A stretch of DNA of 53,702 bases from Prorocentrum cordatum (lineage: Eukaryota). The position numbers were made by a program, and so were the translations under genes. The stretch lies in contig CAUYUJ010000296.1 of NCBI GenBank assembly GCA_963575745.1, positions 62,001 to 115,702 of the forward strand, read 5' to 3'. Positions 37,421 through 49,166 of the stretch are shown here, piece after piece; position 1 is the stretch's first letter; each line of letters opens with the position of its first letter. The notes beneath the pieces are model-generated. The model was not told the DNA's origin and made no database searches. It was given only the letters and a program-made list of their open reading frames with translations.

Positions 37421-38508
37421 GGGGGTACTCCAGAGGAACAGCATCTCTAACCCCCCTAGGCCTCCCCAGTAACCCACCCTAAATGGGGTCCAGGGAACAG
37501 ACCCCCCTGATGCTCGATGACTTCCTCTGGCTCTTCCAAGACCCTCCCTAAGGAGGGCTCCGGGAAGAAATCCAAACTCCCCCCTCCATGAGGGGGGGTT
37601 CTCCTCTCTAACCTCTCCAAGCCTTTTCAAACGCCCTCCTGAAAAAGGAGGTTTCCGGGGGGGGACCTCCCCCGACTCCCCCGTGGGCTGGGGTATGGGG
37701 GAAATTCTTCAAGGGGTTTCTGGGCACCGCCGCGCCCTCCTACTCTTGATGGGTTGTGTTGTGCCCGAGCAAGTCTCTGGTCGTGCAGCCAGGAGCAGAA
37801 GGCTGTCCTTGGCTGGTCGTCGCCCCGCTGACCAAGGCAAGCCCACTGCCCCATGCAGTGGAGGCCAGTCCACGAGGAACCTTCCACAAGAAACCAACCC
37901 TGAGACCCCAGGATGTCCATGGACTTTTGGTGTAGGAGCGTCACGCGGTCCATAGAAAAGCCATCGGAACCCAGGAAACCCAGGGAACCCTGGAGGCAAG
38001 CAGGGTGTTCCTTTGGCATGGGGATTCCGCCGTACCCCAGGTCCCCGCGCTCTGCTCGTCGGAGAACCCGAGGCCTTCTGGGCCAGGGCCTTCGGCCTGC
38101 TGCGGCCTCGGGCCTAGGAGGAGGAGGAGGAGGAGGAGGAGGAGGAGGAGGAGGAGGAGGAGGAGGAGCAATTGGAGGAGGTGCTGGAGAATCGCTCCGC
38201 GCTGCCTCTCGTGCCGTCCTCGGGCTGGCCCCGGCCCGCTGGTGGAGCGACGCCCGCCCCCGCCGCGAGCGCCCCCGCCTGTCGCGCCAACCTCCACACC
38301 GAAGGCCGCCCCGCCCTCCGCCGCGCCGTGCTTCCCCCGCCGCGAGCCGCTCAGGTGGGGCGGGTGGGGCTCGCATCTGCGCCTCGGGGGGCCCCCACTG
38401 GGCCGCCCTCCTCGCTGTGCCTTCCCTGCGCCCCCGGAGCGCGGCGTCTGCCCGCCAGCGCCTCCTGCTCCTGCTCCTGCTCCTCCTCCTCCTCTTCCTC
38501 CTCTCCTG

Positions 38509-38539
<31 letters not shown>

Positions 38540-38987
38540 CTCCTCCTCCTCCTCCTCTCCTGTCCCTTCCTCCTACTCCTCCTTCTCCTCCTCCTCCTTC
38601 CTCTCCAGTCCCCTCCCTCCCCTCCCCTCTCTGCTCTCTGCTCTCTCTCTCTGCTCTCTGCTCTCTGCTTCTCTGCTCTCTGCTTTCTCTCTCCTCTCCT
38701 CTCCTCTCCGCTCCTCTCCTCTCTCTCCTCTCCTCTCCTCGTACTCGTACTCCTCCTCCTCCTCCTCCTCCTCCTCCTCCTCCTCCCCTCCTCCTCCTCC
38801 TCCTCCCTCCCTCCCTCCCTCCCCCCTCCCTCCCTCCCTCCCTCCCTTCCCTCCTTCTCTTCCTCCCACCACCACCACCTCCTCCTCTCGTCCTCATCCT
38901 CATCATCCCTTTTCCTCTCCTCTCCTCTCCTCTCCTCTTCTGACCTCCTCCTCCTTCTCCGCATGCGGCGGGGGGGGGGGGGCGGAC

Positions 38988-39107
38988 CTGCGCGCCCGCT
39001 CCTCCTCCTCCTTCTCCTTCAGGGCCTTCTGCTCGGCCTTCTCGCGGTCGATCCTGAGGCTCTCCTCGTACTCGCTCTCCTGCTCGTTGATCAGCATCGT
39101 GCGCTGC
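38988..39107 (-). CDS. UBX-domain protein, exon B (QRTMLINEQESEYEESLRIDREKAEQKALKEKEEEERAR)
   Basis: gcag|G acceptor, CAG|gt donor, 120 nt; EQ..EY..SL..D.EK is the coiled-coil motif preceding UBX in FAF1/FAF2/PUX-type proteins. Confidence 0.82.
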
Positions 39108-39727
39108 CTGCGGGCGGCCCAAACACGGGGGCTTGTGGAGGGAGAGAGGGCGAGACAGAGAGAGAGGGAGAGAGAGAGAGAGTGAGATAGAGAGACAGAG
39201 AGAGAGAGAGAGAGAAAGCGAGAGAGCGAAAGAGGGAGGGAGCGACACGATACATATATACATATATATATATATATTTACATACGTATATCGATATGTA
39301 TACAGACGTTGCACTACATTACAACACATTGCAACCCATCGCATCACATTACACTACAATGCATCACATTACATCGCATTCCATTCCATTATTCCATCAC
39401 ATTGCCTTGCGCTACCATGCATTCCATTCCGTTGCAATACATTACATTACATTACATCACATCAGACTACATCACGTTCCACTCCATCACGTTGTACTAC
39501 ATCATACCATTCTCCATTCCATTCCATTCTATTCCATGCATTCACATGCAGGCATACAGTCATCCATCCGTCCACCCATTCATCCACACGCACATACATA
39601 AATACCTACCTAACTGCACACGCACATACATACATCCATGTCTGCATACATACATACATGTAGCTATGGTTTTTGCGGACATGTAATCCGACATATATAT
39701 ATATATAGAGATAGAGATAAATGATAC

Positions 39728-39833
<106 letters not shown>

Positions 39834-40938
39834 GGCGCGCGATCTGGGGAATGGAAGGGGAAAGACTTGGGAAGAGGGCTGGGGGCGGGAGTGGAGGGGG
39901 GGGGCATGTAGAAAAATGGCGGGGTGGGGGAAGGACAGGACGGAAAGGGAGGGGAAGTCGGGGACCAGGCAACTGGGGAAGGGGAGGAGTGGCGAGCAGG
40001 ATATTTTCGCGGACGGGAGAGGGAGGCGGGAATGGGGTGGGGAGGAGATGGAGGGGAAAGGGGCGCACATGAGGGAGAGTGCTCCTCATCCATCCTCGCC
40101 TGGCTGCCCTCTGTTCTCATCTCTGCCTTGCCCTCCCCCTCCTTCTCCCCATACTCCCATACATACAACTCTCATACGCGTATCGCACGGCGAGACTCCG
40201 AGTATCAAACGCATGAGTAGCTCTGGCTGCAGATTCAGTCTTTGACACATGCTTGCCAGCGTGGGCCGCAAACAGCAAGGTCGTGCACATCTGATATGCA
40301 GTCTACGCGGTGCAAGCGATGTGGCATAATCAGTGCAGTGCAGCCAATGTCGCAAAATCTATCTGGACCGGTCTATATTGTGCAATCTATGCGGCGCAAC
40401 CCATACGGTGCAATTCACCAGGCGGCACCGCGCGTGACCACCTCCGATGCTCATCGTCCAGTGCCCGCGTGCGGCCCGCATGGTATTACTTGGTAGAAAG
40501 TATGGCAACACGCACTCGTTAAATCAACGCGGGTGCACCGCATGCATGGTATTCGTTTGACAGGGATGAAGAAGGTGGCAGACACCAGCCTGGCAGACAT
40601 GACAAACATTGGTGTCTCGAACGAATGGTCTTGCACCTGAAGAAGACAACTCAATACGCGGAGGGGAGGGGATACGTCCGGCCTCGGCAGGAGGGTACCT
40701 TCTCATATCGAGGCAGAGAGATCTATGCAGCCCAGCCTGTGTTGTGCAGTACACGTTCTGAGCGTGGTCTCCACTTCACCCTCCCCCTCGCCTCCGCCTC
40801 CTCCGCCTCCTCCTCCTCATCCTCCTCGTTCTCCTCCTCTTCCTCCTCCCCTCTCCTTCTCCTCCTTCTCCTCCTCCTCGTTCTCCTCCTCCTCCTCTTC
40901 CTCCTCCTCCTGCTCCTCCTCCCCTCCTCCTCTAGTCC

Positions 40939-40973
<35 letters not shown>

Positions 40974-42079
40974 CTCCTCCTTCTCCTCCTCCTCCTCCTC
41001 CTCCTCCTCCTCCTCCTCCTCCTCCTCCTCCTCCCCCTCCAGCTGCTGTCTGTGGTGCACCCAGGATGCAGGAAGCTGCGCGGTGTAACGCCAGTCGGCG
41101 CACGAGGCGGCGACGGGTGGCCACCGTCCGAAAGCCTGGAGACGCCCCAACCGGCGGGCTCGAGCCATTCGTCTCCGCGTGGATCCCTCTGCCTGCCAGT
41201 CGTGCACGCTGCTCCAGGCCGTCGCCTGCGTCCAAGACGCCGCAGATGGCACCCTTGACGCGCGCCCGTAGTCGTGGCACTCTCTCCCTCGGTCGTGCCT
41301 GCTCCACTCCAGGTGCCTCCTCGCCAGCCCGGCGACCAGCCTTGGAGCGTCTCGGTCCCGAACGCTCGCGCGTCGGAGCCGAGATCTGCTCCAGCCTGCG
41401 CCGTCTGATCTCCAGCGTGATTCCCACTCTGCTATGAGCTCCAGGGGTCGAACGGGGCCGAACGGATCTGGACTGTCGGATCCTCTACCGTACTCCGCTG
41501 GTCCCCCCCCGGGAGCTTGTGCACTGGGTTCGACTGTCGAGCTCCGCTGGGAGCCCCTCGTCGTCTCCAGCTGTGTAGCACTGAGGACGTCTCGTGCCAA
41601 TTTCTCGGCGTCGTCCTCGGAAATGGAGACCCTCCTGCTGCTTCAGAACTGCCATCACCGAACTCACCAGCGATTGACTTACCTCTGCTGCTGGTGATGG
41701 CCCTCGATTATCATCTTCTCCCGCCGCTGCCGTCATCGGTCCGTAGAATAGAGCTGCTCACAACTCCGCTACCACTGTCGCCCCTCAGGCGACAACGATG
41801 GGATTAAAGATGTAGAGAAACCGGTTTGCCACTAGCCAGCACCCTCGCACTCCAGTGCAGTGCACTGCAGCCACAGACCTATATTTGACCAGCAAGGAAA
41901 TTAGAGAGGTAGATGGGAAAGCGAGCATGGAAATGTGTATAATAAAAGGTGGATGGGAATTGGGAAAGGAAATGGGTCTTGAGCCAAAATTGTCAAGACC
42001 CTGTTTTCCTGGCCTTCAAACTCAGGGAATCTTGTGAGCTGTCCATCGGATCTGAAAACACAAACGCATCCAGACTCGA

Positions 42080-42505
42080 ATCTCAGGGACGGGGCCGCCG
42101 CCATGTCGGTGAGGACGAAAACACCGTGCATCGCCGCGTACAAGGTGAGGCAAGCAAACAGGGAGCGGAAAGCATTCGAAATGCCGTAGCCGTCTTTCGC
42201 TCAACCGTGGAGTCTCCATCGCAGCCCCCCTGCCCGCAAAAGGTGGTCAGGTCCTTCTGGATCCACCCCTCCATCTCGGCGAGGAAGACGTACCCGTTGC
42301 CCTTACACGTCCGGCTATTGTGAGCTGCGCAGAAGGGGGCCTGCAAGTGCCCGAGTTCTTGAACTCCATTTCCCTGCAACTGCTGCCTCAGGACTTCGCG
42401 ATCTCGTCGAAGCTGACGGCCCCGCCCTCTGCAGTCCAGCTTGTTGACGGTCGCCGCGGGCTGGTCCGCTTGGCGGTCGCCTCCGCCAGGCAGCAGCCGC
42501 CCATC
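42080..42505 (-). pseudogene. Frameshifted EF-hand (flagellar calcium-binding protein/calflagin-like) pseudogene fragment
   Basis: Across frames: MGGCC, GAVSFDEI, KGNGYVFLAEMEGWIQKDL (EF loop DxNGNGYVSLAE-like), AFRML..YAAMHGVFVLTD. Confidence 0.5.
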
Positions 42506-42798
42506 GGGGGTGAGGAGGAGGAGGAGGAGGAGGAGGAGGAGGAGGAGGAGGAGGAGGAGGAGGAGGAGGAGGAGGAGGAGGAGGAGGAGGAGGAGCAAGG
42601 CGGCCGTGGGGCAGCGCGGAACCAGCGGGTTCCTCGCCGCGCGCCACCGCTCACGGCGTGCCCCGCTCCTCCCCGCGGCCCCGCCGCCGCCTGGGGCGAC
42701 GAAGCCCCCGCCGCGCCACCGCCGTGGAGGCCCGCGCGGGCGGGGCGGAGGCGTGCGCTGGGGCCCAGGCTGCGGGTCTTTCACCCCCATCGGAGGAT

Positions 42799-42814
42799 CC
42801 AAAATGGCTACGGT
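42799..42814 (-). other. Partial DinoSL (5' 16 nt)
   Basis: ACCGTAGCCATTTTGG, exact match to SL nt 1-16, abutting a microsatellite. Confidence 0.6.
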
Positions 42815-43071
42815 CCTCCTCCTCCTCCTCCTCCTTCTTCTCCTCCTCCTCCTCCTCTCCCTCCTCCTCCTTTTCCTCCTCGTCCTCCTCCGCCTCCTCC
42901 TCTTCCTCCTCCTCCTCTTCTTCCTCCTCCTCCTCCTCCTCCTCCTCCACCTCCTCCTCCTCCTCCTCCTCCTCCTCCTCCTCCCCTCCCCCCCTCGTGC
43001 CCCTCCCCGGCCTCCTCCTCCTCCTCCTCCTCCTCCTCCTCCTCTGACAGGGCGCTCCAGCCCCGCGCAGC

Positions 43072-43121
43072 CTGTTCTCTTCCTCCATCCTCGACCGGTG
43101 GATGGCCTGTTCCACGAGCTC
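43072..43121 (-). CDS. UBX-domain protein, exon A (ELVEQAIHRSRMEEEN; UIM-like); upstream exons not located
   Basis: gcag|GAG acceptor, AG|gc donor, 50 nt phase 2, joins exon B in frame; 'L..AI..S' resembles a ubiquitin-interacting motif. Confidence 0.68.
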
Positions 43122-43429
43122 CTGCAGGACTGAGGCGAAGGCGGAGAGGACGAGCCTGAGGGAAGGAGAGGAGATAGGCCGAAGGCCCTCGACTCCGTCC
43201 GGGTGTTGCCCAAGGTGGCCCTGGCCAGGCCTCTCCCCTTCCCCTCAACCATGCCCTACACCCGTCACCTACTGCAGCCGAGCAAAAGAACTGCGTGAAA
43301 CTATCATGCGAGAAACCGGAGCTTGGCACCTTTAGTTGGTACGGGTAACCAGAACTTGGCACATTTCGTTAGGGTGGCTGGCAGCCCTCTCCACTTGCTC
43401 AGGGAACCTCCTCCTCCTCCTCCTCCTTC

Positions 43430-43806
43430 GCGCCATCATCACCCTCATGATGATGGTCACCACAATAATCACACCAATCACACGCACACCACAAAATATG
43501 TAACCACCATAACCATCCATCATCAGCGACAGCCTCGTTCCCATCCTCATCTTCACCATCAACATAAACATCATCCGCATCACCATCAACATCAGTATCA
43601 CCACCATTACCACCATACTCATCATACTCATCATCAGCACCACACTGATCATCATCACCATCATCATCACCACCAATATCATCATCAGCAAAGCGAGCAT
43701 CATGATCATCGCAACTATTACTATCACCATCACCAGCACCATCATCATCGTCACCAGCATCGTCATCGTCATCATCGTGATCATCATCATCGTCATTATC
43801 GTCACC

Positions 43807-43840
<34 letters not shown>

Positions 43841-44269
43841 TCATCGCCATCGTCATCATCGTCATCATCATCACCACCAGTACCACCCTCCCAATGTGAC
43901 AATCATGACAATCCATCACCAGCGACAGCCTCATCACCATCACCACCATCACCATCACCATCATCATCATCATCATCGTCATCATCAAATGGGGCGGTTT
44001 TGTTGGATGCTCTGGGTATGGCGAACATAAAAATTATGATTCTGCTGCTGCTGCTGATGATGATGATGCTGCTGCTGGCAATGCTGATGCTGATGATGCT
44101 GCTGATGATGGTGATGATGCTGATGGTACTGCTGCTGATGATGACGAAGCTGATGATGATGTTGTTGATGAGGATGATGCTGCTGCTGATGATGATGACG
44201 ATGATGCTGGTGAAGAAGAACATGATGATGCTGCTGCTGCTGATGATGATGATGCTGATGATGATGATG
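43430..44269. repeat. (CAT/CAC)n tract followed after a ~50-bp spacer by an opposite-polarity (GAT/GCT)n tract
   Basis: Direct reading. Confidence 0.92.
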
Positions 44270-44379
44270 ATCCCCCCGGGCTTCGTTTTCCAGCCAGACG
44301 GCGTAGCACGAGTCGACGACCTTTGCGAAACGGAGCGGGCGAGGCCAGAACATTCGGGAGCCGAGCTCGCACACCTCCC
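44270..44379 (-). repeat. Terminal repeat B2 (110 bp, identical to B1 at 44544-44653)
   Basis: atccccccgggcttcg...gctcgcacacctccc occurs twice. Confidence 0.96.
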
Positions 44380-44452
44380 CTTCAAAAACAACTAACGAGG
44401 AAGAAACCTTAAATTGAAAGAAAAACAGGGCGGCGGTTGGGGTAGATGGGGG

Positions 44453-44495
44453 TGAAGCTAGAGCCAAGATAGGACGGAAGACGCAAGGATGCTGC
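44453..44495 (-). repeat. Repeat A2 (43 bp, 41/43 identical to A1 at 50911-50953)
   Basis: tgaagct(a/t)gagccaagat(a/t)ggacggaagacgcaaggatgctgc. Confidence 0.93.
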
Positions 44496-44682
44496 CACGG
44501 CTGTCCCACTCCGCTCTCGAGGATTTCCGTACAAGTACAAGGCATCCCCCCGGGCTTCGTTTTCCAGCCAGACGGCGTAGCACGAGTCGACGACCTTTGC
44601 GAAACGGAGCGGGCGAGGCCAGAACATTCGGGAGCCGAGCTCGCACACCTCCCAAACCTGGCGGACCTCCAGGACCACCCGA

Positions 44683-45458
44683 TCAGCAATCTGGCCCCGA
44701 CGGGGCCGCAAACACCTTCTTGTCGAACAACTCGGCTTTAGACGAGGCCCACGCATTGTAGTAGATAGAAGCCAGGGCTTTACAAAGTCCAGGAGGATAA
44801 GGCTCGGCGATCTTGGACCAGAATACACCTTTGTCGTTTTTCCCTTGGATGGGGATGTGCGGCTGGCCGGTGCGCTTGCACAGGCCACGCCTGGTGCCGA
44901 GACAGCGACCCTCGGCGAGGGCGTCCATGCACAGCCCCGTGCTGAGGAAACTGGTCGACTTCCTCCACTGGGCGCCCCGCATGCAGAAATCGGTGACGGT
45001 GAAATTGATCTTGTTGGATTTTCGAAGTCTCTGCATGGCGGGGCAAATCCAGATGCGGCTCCGGGCGGGGTTCTCAAGAGTAGCTGGTATTCCCAAAAGC
45101 ATAGCATCCCGCATCACCGCCACGGAGAAAAACATTAACAAGTTGCCGACGCGAACCTTGTCGGCGTCGGCGGGGCTCAGGTCGTCGAGGCCCATGGGTG
45201 GCGAGTTAGACCTCACGGTGGAGGGCCTGGGGGCACATCGCGTGCCCGCGAAAACGAGGGGCATGGTGTTCCCAAGTGGGCGCCAATCACGATGCCTGAG
45301 CGGATCCATCCTCTGATGAGGCTGCGGTTCCGGGCCAGACGAAGATCGTAATCGGCACACGGCTCCACGTCCCAGAGAAGAACGTTCACGCCCTCCCTCG
45401 CGACCGCTTGGCCGAGCCGGCCTGGCCCCAAGAAGACCTCGAGGAAGAAGCGGACCTG
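44683..45458 (-). CDS. C5 cytosine DNA methyltransferase domain (one frameshift near 45215-45225)
   Basis: Motif I FLEVFLGPGRL, II LLWD, IV HLGTPCPSFS (catalytic PC), VI LENP, VIII-like QWRKST, X-like YPPGLCKALA, in canonical order. Confidence 0.9.
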
Positions 45459-46675
45459 GGGCCGGGGGCCGCCGGACAAGGCCGGCCGCGGACGATGGAG
45501 GCCATCGAGCGCTCGCAGGACAGCGCGTGGGCGCGGAGGTCCTCGGGCAGCTTGAGCAGCACCTGGCCGATGCGGCTGCCCTTCTCGTAGCGCCTGACCG
45601 AAGCCCGCGACCGCCAGCGCCCGCGGCGCCTCACGTCCCCCAGGCTCCTGAAGCCCCCGGCGGAGTCGTGCGAGGCGCCGCCGTGCCTGAGCTGGTACAG
45701 GTGGACGTCGCCGAGGTACTCGTCCAGCTTGAGGCTCCGCGCGACGCCGCACGCCGCCGTCACCAGGTCCTTCAGGGCGAAGTCGAAGATCGGCGAGCCC
45801 GGGCTCCGGCCCTGGCAGAGGGCCTTGAGCGCCGGACCGAGAGGGGCATGCCGCTCCAAGTCCAGGCGCATGGACTCGTCGAACTCGTTCGTCTTTGACG
45901 ACCTCCCGACCTCCTGCGCGTGAAGCGTGATGGCCCAGCAGGGGGCGCTCGCCACGCCCAGCACCGGGGGTATGAGGTCCACCACCCTCACGTTGAGAAT
46001 CTCGCCTGGCCGAAGGTACAGCTCGAAGATCACGACGATCGCGATCGCGAAGGGCAGCTTCCCCAACCTGACCAGCTCGTTGGCGATCAGGGCCACCGCC
46101 TCGCGCGGCAGCGGAAGCCGCGACTGGGGAGGGCAGCAGCGCCTGAACCCCTGGAGGGCCCTCCGGCTCCTGGGCATGAGGGCCCCCGCGGACTTCTGGA
46201 GGCCCGTGAAGAACGTCACCGCCGCGAAGCCCCACTGGGCCGAGCCCAGGTTCTCGCCGCCCAGGTGCAGCGCGTCCAGCCACCCCACGAGCTGCTGGTC
46301 GACGCCCGCCTCGGAGGTCGCCACCGGGACGGCGAGCCACGCCAGGAACTCGGCGAACAGCGACTGGTACTTCTGCCGCGTCCGGGGCCGAACCGAGGCG
46401 CTCTCGAGCACCGTGAGCCCGCCCACTGTGACAGCAGAAGCCCTCCGCCGGGCCGCGACGTCGGCCACCGTCTGGCGCTTCCTCTTGGCCGGAGGAGGGC
46501 GGGCAACGGCTGGCCGCCGGCGCGGCGGGCCGGGGGCCCGCGCAGACGTAGAGAGGTTCGCCGTCATGGCACCACGGGTGGCCTCCCGCCTGTCCAGCGG
46601 CGAGGCCAGCGGGGCCGTCGGCGCCGCCGTCCGCGCGCCGGTCGAGGTCGGTGCGGGGCTGGCCCGCAGGAGCAT
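45386..46675 (-). CDS. Tyrosine recombinase (integrase) of the element
   Basis: YLRPGE (Arg), SSKT (Lys), YQLRHGGAS (HxxR box), GRW, RRYEK (catalytic Tyr); upstream core-binding-like helices; the true start may be the later ATG (MTANL). Confidence 0.92.
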   Translation of the reverse strand: MLLRASPAPTSTGARTAAPTAPLASPLDRREATRGAMTANLSTSARAPGPPRRRPAVARPPPAKRKRQTVADVAARRRASAVTVGGLTVLESASVRPRTRQKYQSLFAEFLAWLAVPVATSEAGVDQQLVGWLDALHLGGENLGSAQWGFAAVTFFTGLQKSAGALMPRSRRALQGFRRCCPPQSRLPLPREAVALIANELVRLGKLPFAIAIVVIFELYLRPGEILNVRVVDLIPPVLGVASAPCWAITLHAQEVGRSSKTNEFDESMRLDLERHAPLGPALKALCQGRSPGSPIFDFALKDLVTAACGVARSLKLDEYLGDVHLYQLRHGGASHDSAGGFRSLGDVRRRGRWRSRASVRRYEKGSRIGQVLLKLPEDLRAHALSCERSMASIVRGRPCPAAPGPRSASSSRSSWGQAGSAKRSRGRA

Positions 46676-46689
46676 GTTTGGAGAAATCG

Positions 46690-49054
46690 AGCGGGCTCGG
46701 AGCAGCTGGAGCCCAGAGGCCTCGGGAAGGAGAGTCCGCGACGTTCCACTCCGAGGGCAACCATCGATAATGCAAGGCCGAACCGGTCGCGAGCGAGAGG
46801 GCCGCGATCGCCTGGGTGACCCGCATCATGCTACGGCTGTCGCTCCGAAACCGCGTCACCGCCCCGGCCGTCGACTGCGAGTCCCCCAGGACCAGCGCGT
46901 GCTTCCCGAGGTTCCGAGACGAACGAAGGAGATGACGAAAGCCGTACAGGGTGGCCCTGGCCTCGTGCACGGCGATGCTCTCCCCCTTGCGCCTCCACGG
47001 GAAGCGACCGACGACGGACCACTGCAGCTCGATCATATCCCGCGGGACCTCTGGGAAGTCCACGACCCGCCTGACCCGACCGAACCCGAAGACGTCGCCG
47101 GGGCTGTCCAGGACACCTGAGCCAGCTGAGGGGGGCTGAGGGGGTGCGCACTCGGGCCCCGGGACGTCGTTGGCGGCGGCGATCCAGGGGGCAGCCTCGC
47201 GGGCCTCCCCCGCCAGGGCCGCCGCCGCCTCGGCTTTACGAGCGTGGTCCAGCGCGTGGCGACGAGGACCCATGGCAGCGCCGACCCGACCCCAGCGCCA
47301 TCGCTCCGAGGTCCGGCCGACGCTCCGGGCCAGAGAGGCCCCACACTGTGCGGCGCACGCCCCCAGCCCCCACTCACTAGCATCGACGGCCGCCACCTCG
47401 TCGCTCCAGCCCGCCCGGAGGTCCCGCCAGAGGAGAGGAGCAAGCCCATCCCAGAGAGAGAGAGTTCGCGACGTACCGAAGCCCACAGACGCTCTTCCTG
47501 GGTGTAATTCTTCCTGACGAAGGCATAGCACGACCAGAACGGCGATAACCCCTCCCGGCGGGCCAGGGAGAGGAAGACAAGATGCCCCAGGAGGCGCTCC
47601 AGGTCACGCCCAGAGCACCCCCCCCTCCGGAGGACCGCCCGAATTGCCAGGCGGGCCCTCCAGAGGCGGACAGGGGTGGCAGCCACGCGGCCCCGGGGCC
47701 CGTCGATCTGCCACCCCAAAACCTGGGCCACCTTGTCCTCCCCAGAATACTCCTCCTCATGGACGACCAGACCCCGCCCTTCAAGAGCACGAATAGCATC
47801 AGCAACGAGAGAGCGAACAGCACTGGCGTCGGTAGAGACGGCGATGAAGTTGTCCACGTACTGCGAATGGCACGCTCGATGAAGGTCCAGCGTCACCTGC
47901 TTATCTACAATGCGGTTCTCCGGGGAAGCTCCGGCTTGTTCCACAATGCGCTCGTGGGCCGTTTGACGCATCCACAGGGCCCAGCTCCAGCCCATCGGTA
48001 TCACAGACAGTCGGGGGTAGACCATGGCTGACGGAGGAACGGGCTTCCCATTGACCCTAGTACACCCCGCCGCCCCCGCCCGCGCGGCCCTGAAACAGAA
48101 AAACGGTCTCAAATCGGGAGGCAACTGCATATGATAAAAGGCGTCTGACAAATCGGCTCCGCCAACATGCAACTCCTCACCCTCGCCGAGCTCCGGCCCT
48201 GCCAGGCCTTCGCCGGTGAGGAGGGGAACGGGGGCGGGGTCCTGGAAATGACAGTTGCTTCTACGACAGTCAACTACCAGCCGGAGCTTCCCGGATTTCT
48301 CGTGCGCGAAAAATGCTTCAACCCTTTCCTTGCATGAGAAGCTGAAATCTACCATGCCTCGCTGCTGCAATGCACGGATGAACTCCTCAAAAGCCGCGAC
48401 CCGACGCAGCTTAGGATCACTATGCGGCACCGCGACCTGATAATTTTTCAAACGAGTATCTACCTCACTAGACGGTAGCAATCGGCTTTGGACGAAGTCC
48501 CTAATCATGTCCGACCCGCCCGCGCCCCGAAAATCCTCGAGCGGTACCGGTGCCGGCGAGCCAGAGGGGGGCGAGACGCTAGCGAGGTTATAGGAACCGA
48601 GCACGGCAGAGTCCACATCATACCAGCTCGCCACGCGAAGCTTCCGGAGAGCTTCTGCGGGAGTCACCTCCGGCGGAGGCGGGCCGAGAGCAGCGACGGA
48701 GTCCCGGGCCCTATCAAGACAGTGACGCTGGCCCAGCGAAACAAAAACTGCTCGGTCGGCGCCCTGGCCGACGGGAGGCTGGTCCTGGTGAAGATAGAGC
48801 GAGTTCAAGGCGTGGACGGCGCGATCGCAGTCCAACTCAAAACTCTCGCGCTTACCCAGACGCTGCCGGACTGCACGGGAGAGCCCCCCGTCGGTACCCC
48901 GATACCGCTCCACCACCGGCCGCGGTAAAGGCAAGATGTCGCGGGGTACCGCGCGGGAGGGCTCGTCTCCGTAATTAAAAGCTTCGTAGGGCGGCGGCGC
49001 ACGGGGCCCGCGCGCGTCCCGGGCGCCGGGAGCGCGAGGCGCAGAAGTATGCAT
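46690..49054 (-). CDS. Reverse transcriptase + DIRS-type RNase H (frameshift in the (GA)n run at about 47453-47464)
   Basis: RT: KSGKLRLVVDCRRSN, ADLSDAFYHM, IPMGWSWA, QYVDNF; RNase H: VDASEWGLG, IAVHEARA, LGDSQ, RWLPSEWNVADSPSR; the end given is the domain end, as the frame stays open to 45213. Confidence 0.92.
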
Positions 49055-49166
49055 GAGGGGGAGAAACCCGGAGGACAGGAGGAGGGGGACGAACAGAGTA
49101 CAAGAGGCCTGCACTGCACCCTCAGAACAGCGCGGGCCAACCTCAGATGTAGATGTCGGCGGCGGC

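Noticed and set aside
45386..46675. Bacterial prophage or integron integrase with a restriction-modification methylase (contamination)
   Set aside because: Linked to a DIRS-type RT/RNase H and split direct repeats, and contiguous with eukaryotic microsatellite flanks
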